NCBI GenBank assembly: GCA_963719495.1
Contig: CAVRCI010000008.1
Coordinates: 121,067-185,066 of the forward strand
Source: an uncultured Verrucomicrobiae bacterium
Lineage (GTDB): Bacteria > Verrucomicrobiota > Verrucomicrobiia > Chthoniobacterales > JAATET01
Length of the DNA stretch: 64,000 nucleotides
Direction: 5' to 3'
Notes under the pieces: model-generated
Databases searched by the model: none
Told to the model about the DNA's origin: nothing
Seen by the model: only the letters and a program-made list of their open reading frames with translations
Part shown: piece by piece, positions 59,358 through 64,000 of the stretch
How the letters are laid out: every line of letters starts with the position of its first letter
Numbering within the stretch: the first letter of the stretch is position 1
Made by a program: the position numbers and the translations under genes

Positions 59358-60920
59358 ATGACATCTACCTTTCAGAACACCGCCTTTGCTGCCGGCGGCC
59401 TTTTGGTTGCCTCGCTCGCTTCCCTGACGGCCCAGAGCACGATCTCCGGCAACGCCGACCTCGTCCTCGGAGCAGCTGACTTCAACACCCAGGGGAGCAC
59501 CACCACCTCGGCCACCAGCCTGCAGGGCCCCCGCGACATCTCCGTTGATTTGAGCAACCTCAAGGTGTTCGTTTCGGATGCCTTCCGGCATCGGATTCTG
59601 CGATATCCGTCTTTTGTCGCGCTGATGAACGGCGACGCCGCCGAGGCCGTGATCGGCCAATCGAATTTTACCAGTGGTCAGGTGCAAGGCAGCACCGGCA
59701 GTGCCAGCGCGAACGATTCGGGCCTCGCGTTTCCGGCCGGTATCTTCTACGACTCCTCGTCGGCCCGTTTGTGGGTGGCGGATTCGTTCAACAACCGCGT
59801 CCTTATGTTCGCGGCGACGAGTGCAACCACCCCGGATGGCACGGCCGACCTCGTTCTGGGCCAGCCAAATTTCACGTCCAACGGGAACAGCGTGGTCAGT
59901 TCGAACACCATGAACGCTCCCACCGACGTTTGGATCGATAGCAGCAATAATCTGTGGGTCTCCGACACTGGTAACAATCGCGTCCTGCGTTTCGCCAACG
60001 CGTCGGGTCTTACCAACGGTGCTTCCGCTACGCAGCAGTTCGGGCAGTTCGATTTTCAAGGTGATACCTCGGATCTACAGCAGGACACTTTCGACGAACC
60101 CCGGGGCATTTCCGTCGACTCGCTGGGCACCCTTTGGGTCGCCGATACGGGGAATAATCGCGTCCTCGCGTTTTTCAATGCCGCGACGCTCGGTAACGGT
60201 CAGCCCGCCAGCCGGGTGGTCGGCCAGCCTTCATTTACTACCGGTTTTGACGGGTTGAGCAGCACCGCGCTTGATTCACCGTCCGACGCGCAGGTCGACA
60301 GCGAAGGAAATCTCTGGGTCGTCGATGCGGGCAATGAGCGCGTGCTGCGCTACGACGCCATCGCGTCGGAAGGCAATCAACCCGCCGCCGATCAAGTCAT
60401 CGGTCAGTTCAGCTTCACCGCCAATACCGCGGGCCTCGCCGTGAACAAATTCGACGTGAGCACCTTCAGTCAACTCACGCTCGTCGATTTCCCGAGCACG
60501 TCGGATCGACTCTACGTCGCCGATACCGGGAACGACCGCGTGCTGCGATTCTCGCCACCCGCCCCGACGCCGACACCTACGCCAACGCCGACGCCGACGC
60601 CAACGCCGGCCCCTGCGCCGACACCAACGGTCGCCGACACCACACCGCCGAATCTCAACATCCGCGGTCGTAAAACGATCGAGACCCTGCGCAAGCGGGT
60701 CGTCTTCCGCGGCACGGCGAGCGACGCCTCCGGCGTTTCCGACCTGCAGGTCCGAGCCAACGGCGCAAAGGTCGCCAAGGCCAAGGTCAAGGGCAACGGA
60801 ACGATCAAAGTCGTGCTCCGCATCCGGAAGGACAGCGGCCGCGTGGTGGTGCGAATCCGCGCCATCGACAGCGCCGGTAACCGTTCGAAATTCTCGAAAT
60901 TGCGGGTCCTGCGCCGCTAA
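59358..60920 (+). CDS. Secreted NHL-repeat protein with (PT)n linker and basic C-terminal domain
   Basis: Signal peptide; repeated LWVAD.GNNRVL and AD.VLGQ..F; PTPTPT linker. Confidence 0.9.
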   Translation: MTSTFQNTAFAAGGLLVASLASLTAQSTISGNADLVLGAADFNTQGSTTTSATSLQGPRDISVDLSNLKVFVSDAFRHRILRYPSFVALMNGDAAEAVIGQSNFTSGQVQGSTGSASANDSGLAFPAGIFYDSSSARLWVADSFNNRVLMFAATSATTPDGTADLVLGQPNFTSNGNSVVSSNTMNAPTDVWIDSSNNLWVSDTGNNRVLRFANASGLTNGASATQQFGQFDFQGDTSDLQQDTFDEPRGISVDSLGTLWVADTGNNRVLAFFNAATLGNGQPASRVVGQPSFTTGFDGLSSTALDSPSDAQVDSEGNLWVVDAGNERVLRYDAIASEGNQPAADQVIGQFSFTANTAGLAVNKFDVSTFSQLTLVDFPSTSDRLYVADTGNDRVLRFSPPAPTPTPTPTPTPTPTPAPAPTPTVADTTPPNLNIRGRKTIETLRKRVVFRGTASDASGVSDLQVRANGAKVAKAKVKGNGTIKVVLRIRKDSGRVVVRIRAIDSAGNRSKFSKLRVLRR

Positions 60921-60946
60921 TCGCGCCCACACCAACGAACTCGACG

Positions 60947-60992
60947 CATCCGCGCCGGCCCCGACGGGCCTCGGCGCGGATGTTTTCGTTTT
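60947..60992 (+). terminator. Intrinsic terminator
   Basis: CATCCGCGCCG...CGGCGCGGATG followed by TTTTCGTTTTT. Confidence 0.75.
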
Positions 60993-61047
60993 TGGAGTTC
61001 TGGAGCCGGGCTCGCGTCGGCTCGCGTCCTGCTGCTAGCCTGCCGTC

Positions 61048-62421
61048 ATGAGTTTGTTGATCAAGAATGGTGAAATTGTGACGGCGGACAGCCGGTTCGT
61101 GGCGGATGTGTGGTGCGAGGGGGAGACGATCACGCGGATTGATCGCGACATCGAGGCGCCGGATGGCGCGGAGGTGATCGACGCGACGGGGAAGTTCGTG
61201 TTCCCGGGGTTCATCGATCCGCACACGCACATTTACCTGCCGTTCATGGGGACGTATTCGAAAGATACCTACGAGACGGGCTCGAAGGCGGCGCTGATTG
61301 GGGGGACGACGACGATCTTCGACATGTGCGTGCCGTCGCGGGCGGAGGAACCCATGGCGGGCTTCGAAAAATGGATCGCCGAAAGCGAGGGGAAGTCGGC
61401 TTGCGATTATTCATTCCACCTGGGCGTCACGAAATTCGACGAGTCCAGCGAAGCGCAATTGCGGGAGATCGTCGGGCGTGGGATCACGTCTTTTAAGATC
61501 TTCCTAGCCTACAAGGGCGCGTTCGGGATCGACGACACCGAGCTGTATCGCGCGCTCACCCTGGCGCGCGAGCTGGGCGTGACGGTCTGTGCGCACTGCG
61601 AGAACGAGACGCTGGTGGCCGAGCGGCAGCGCGAGCTGCTGGCGGCGGGCTGCACCGGGCCGGAGTGGCACCATGAGAGTCGGCCGCCGGCGGTGGAGGC
61701 CGAGGGGGTGCATCATCTGATGACGTTCGCGGAGCTGACGGGGGCGGAGGTTTACATCGTTCACCTGAGCTGCGAGGAGGCGCTGCGGGAGGCGGTGGCG
61801 GCGCGGATGCGCGGCGTGAACGTGTCGGTGGAAACGCTCATCCAGTATTTGCTGATCGATAAATCCTACGCCGAGCGCGGTGGATTCGAGGGGGCGAAGT
61901 TCGTGATGTCGCCGCCTCTGCGGGACGCGAAGAACCAGGACGTGCTGTGGCAGGGGTTGCGGTCGGGGTTGATTCAGACCGTCGGCACGGACCACGCGCC
62001 GTTCGACTTTGCGGGGCAGAAGCCGATGGGCGCGGAGGATTTTACGAAAATCCCGAACGGCATCCCGGCGCTCGAGGATCGGATCGATTTGTTGTGGACG
62101 TATGGGGTGGGCGAGGGTCGGCTGGACATCCACGAGTTCGTGGCGGTCGCGAGCACGAACGCGGCGAAAATTTTCGGCCTGTTCCCGCGGAAGGGGACCG
62201 TGCAGGTCGGGGCAGACGCGGATCTGGTCGTTTACGATCCGAGTTACGAGGGGATGCTGTCGGCGGCCACGCAGACGATGAACGTCGACTACCGCGGGTT
62301 CGAGGGGTGGGCGATCAAGGGGCGACCGTCGGTGGTGACGGTGCGGGGCGAGGTCGCGGTGAGGGACGGGAAGTTTGTCGGGACGGTGGGGCGGGGGCGG
62401 TTGCTCGAGCGGAGGGGGTGA
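61048..62421 (+). CDS. hydA: Dihydropyrimidinase/hydantoinase
   Basis: PGFIDPHTH, SFKIFLAYK, HCEN, VHLS, MSPPLR, TDHAPF, IPNG. Confidence 0.93.
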   Translation: MSLLIKNGEIVTADSRFVADVWCEGETITRIDRDIEAPDGAEVIDATGKFVFPGFIDPHTHIYLPFMGTYSKDTYETGSKAALIGGTTTIFDMCVPSRAEEPMAGFEKWIAESEGKSACDYSFHLGVTKFDESSEAQLREIVGRGITSFKIFLAYKGAFGIDDTELYRALTLARELGVTVCAHCENETLVAERQRELLAAGCTGPEWHHESRPPAVEAEGVHHLMTFAELTGAEVYIVHLSCEEALREAVAARMRGVNVSVETLIQYLLIDKSYAERGGFEGAKFVMSPPLRDAKNQDVLWQGLRSGLIQTVGTDHAPFDFAGQKPMGAEDFTKIPNGIPALEDRIDLLWTYGVGEGRLDIHEFVAVASTNAAKIFGLFPRKGTVQVGADADLVVYDPSYEGMLSAATQTMNVDYRGFEGWAIKGRPSVVTVRGEVAVRDGKFVGTVGRGRLLERRG

Positions 62422-62522
62422 TTTGTTTCACCATGGGGGGCGTGAAGATCACGAAGGGGTGCGATTCTTCGAATCGGGTGGTCGTCGTGGACTTCTGGGT
62501 GGACGGAGCGTTTCGTGGGAGC

Positions 62523-62615
62523 GAGGGAACGCGCGGCGCGACGGTCCCTACCCAAGTGGTAGGGCTGGTCGCGCCGCGCCAGCCGACTTCTATCACGGGG
62601 GACGTCCGCCCTACC
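62523..62615. repeat. REP doublet downstream of RAYT (80-bp unit, copy A, plus extra REP end)
   Basis: CGCGGCGCGACGGTCCCTACC-N5-GGTAGGGCTGGTCGCGCCGCG inverted pair. Confidence 0.85.
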
Positions 62616-63075
62616 GGTTCAGTCCGGTGAACACCCCCGGGGCCCGCCAGACGTGAGGCCAATCCCGCGGCTCGGCTACCAAACCGGCGCGAGCGGGATT
62701 CCGCGCTATGTAGTCGGACTTTTCCGCGAAGCTTTCGTCGCGTCGCAACCGGTGATCGAAGAAATCTTTCTGCCACACCACGCCGTGCTGACTCGCGGTC
62801 CAGTGTTTCCAATCGGCGACCGTTTTCTGCATGGACCGCTCCGGCGGGAATGAGATCAGAGCGTGGCAGTGGTCGGGCATGAGGAGAAAGACGTGCGGAT
62901 GCCAGTGGCCCAACCGCCACCGATACGCGACGGAATCGAGGACCGCCGCGCTGACTTCGGGCCGAGTGAGCTGATTCGTGCCGCGCGGTTTGCAGCAGAT
63001 GGTGATGAACCAAATCTCACAGGCCGGGTCGATCCACGCGGGCGGATCGTGCGGGAGCGATTTTCTTCCAGCCAT
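62611..63075 (-). mobile_element. REP-associated tyrosine transposase (RAYT, HUH Y1 family)
   Basis: WFITIC, LMPDHCH (HUH), WQKDFFDHRLR, YIARNP..AGLV, DWP; flanked by GTAG REPs. Confidence 0.9.
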
Positions 63076-63137
63076 GCGGGGAGAGTTGGGCGGGGTGGGT
63101 CGTTTGGCAAGAGCGGGGGAACGCGCGGTGAGAAAGT

Positions 63138-63217
63138 GAGGGAACGCGCGGCGCGACGTTCTTTACCCAATTGGTAGGGCTGGTCGCGCCGCGCCAGCCG
63201 ACTTCGATCACGGGGGA
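63138..63217. repeat. REP doublet upstream of RAYT (80-bp unit, copy B)
   Basis: Direct repeat of 62523-62602 with 5 mismatches. Confidence 0.85.
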
Positions 63218-63219
63218 GT

Positions 63220-63866
63220 CGACCAGACGGTGAATTGCAGCTCGTAGTCGCCCGCGGCGAGTTAGTGAACGCCGCCCCATTCGAAGGGGACTTCCTCGGT
63301 GAGGAAGTCAGCGTTGAGTTCGAGCTTCGCGTCGAGGTCGAAGGCGCGGACGTTGAGCAGGTGATCCATCGGCAGCTCGGCGTTCCGCGTGCGGTGGATC
63401 TTGCACGTCGCGTTCATCGAGCGGATGCGGGATTCGAGGGTGTCGAGTTCCTCGGGGGTGACGAGGTCGATCTTGTTGAGGAGGAGGACGTTGGCGAAGC
63501 GATCTGTTCCTGGCATTCGCTGCTGTCGTCGATGTTCTGGAATACGTGTTTGGCGTCGACGACGGTGACAATGGCGTCGAGCGAAAAGCTCTCTTTCATT
63601 TCGTCGTCGACGAAGAAGGTCTGCGCGACTGGCGCGGGGTCGGCCAGGCCAGTCGTCTCGATCATGATGTGGTCGAATTTGTTCTTCCGCTTCATGAGTC
63701 CGGCTAGGATCCGGATCAGATCGCCGCGGACGGTGCAACAGATGCAGCCGTTGTTCATCTCGAAGATCTCCTCGTCGGCGTTGACGACGAGTTCGTTGTC
63801 GATGCCGATCTCGCCGTATTCGTTTTCGATCACGGCGATACGTTTGCCGTGCTGCTGGGTGAGGAA
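63220..63866 (-). pseudogene. CobW/COG0523 metallochaperone GTPase pseudogene
   Basis: IAVIENEYGE, GCICC, IETTGLADP, NKID; Walker A missing, 1-nt frameshift near 63499, in-frame TAA at 63262-63264. Confidence 0.85.
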
Positions 63867-64000
63867 GTCGATGTCGGGCACGAGGATCGAAAGCGAGGGT
63901 CACTAGCGCTACACGACGAACGGGCTGATCTCGAGCTGAGAGTGAGAAATCACAACCAGCGGTTGTCGGGTCGTTCGGCGCGGGAGGTAAGGGCACGCGC

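Noticed and set aside
60562..60630. (PT)n repeat as a mobile or contingency repeat
   Set aside because: Synonymous codons vary, consistent with an ordinary protein linker
62433..62520. Possible thioredoxin remnant (VVVVDFW)
   Set aside because: Too short, no CxxC; cannot be supported

Overview
High-GC bacterial chromosome segment. Gene content and style (H-X9-DG prepilin-type protein, PocR-AraC regulator, RsmA-NUDIX fusion) suggest Verrucomicrobiota, which is an inference. It holds about 58 mostly housekeeping CDSs: a peptidoglycan-remodelling cluster (L,D-transpeptidase, LysM-NlpC/P60, RlpA, class A PBP), dcd, HU, an ECF sigma/anti-sigma pair, a family-B DNA polymerase, RsbU/RsbW-like genes, nfeD-floA, lysS, an AMP-ligase/halogenase/LolA/MMPL cluster, rsmA-NUDIX, mutL, murU-amgK-glgE, pckG and dihydropyrimidinase. 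I saw no rRNA, tRNA or CRISPR. The most unusual signals are: (i) a dense set of short repeats, including GTAG-type REPs with a RAYT transposase flanked by 80-bp direct repeats, a 272-bp MITE with 18-bp TIRs and a 5-bp TSD that carries REPs, a 105-bp tandem array, and heptamer repeats inserted in frame into several proteins; (ii) a PolB with eroded proofreading motifs, bracketed by two long palindromes; (iii) a class A PBP lacking the SxxK motif; (iv) three perfect DnaA boxes upstream of rsmA; (v) two divergent genes whose start codons share one CATG; (vi) an unusual GAF-type putative regulator divergent from a secreted NHL protein with a very basic C-terminal domain; (vii) an ISAzo13 scar that decapitated a cytochrome c gene, and a decayed cobW gene. 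All calls come from reading the sequence and recalling motifs; no database searches were run.
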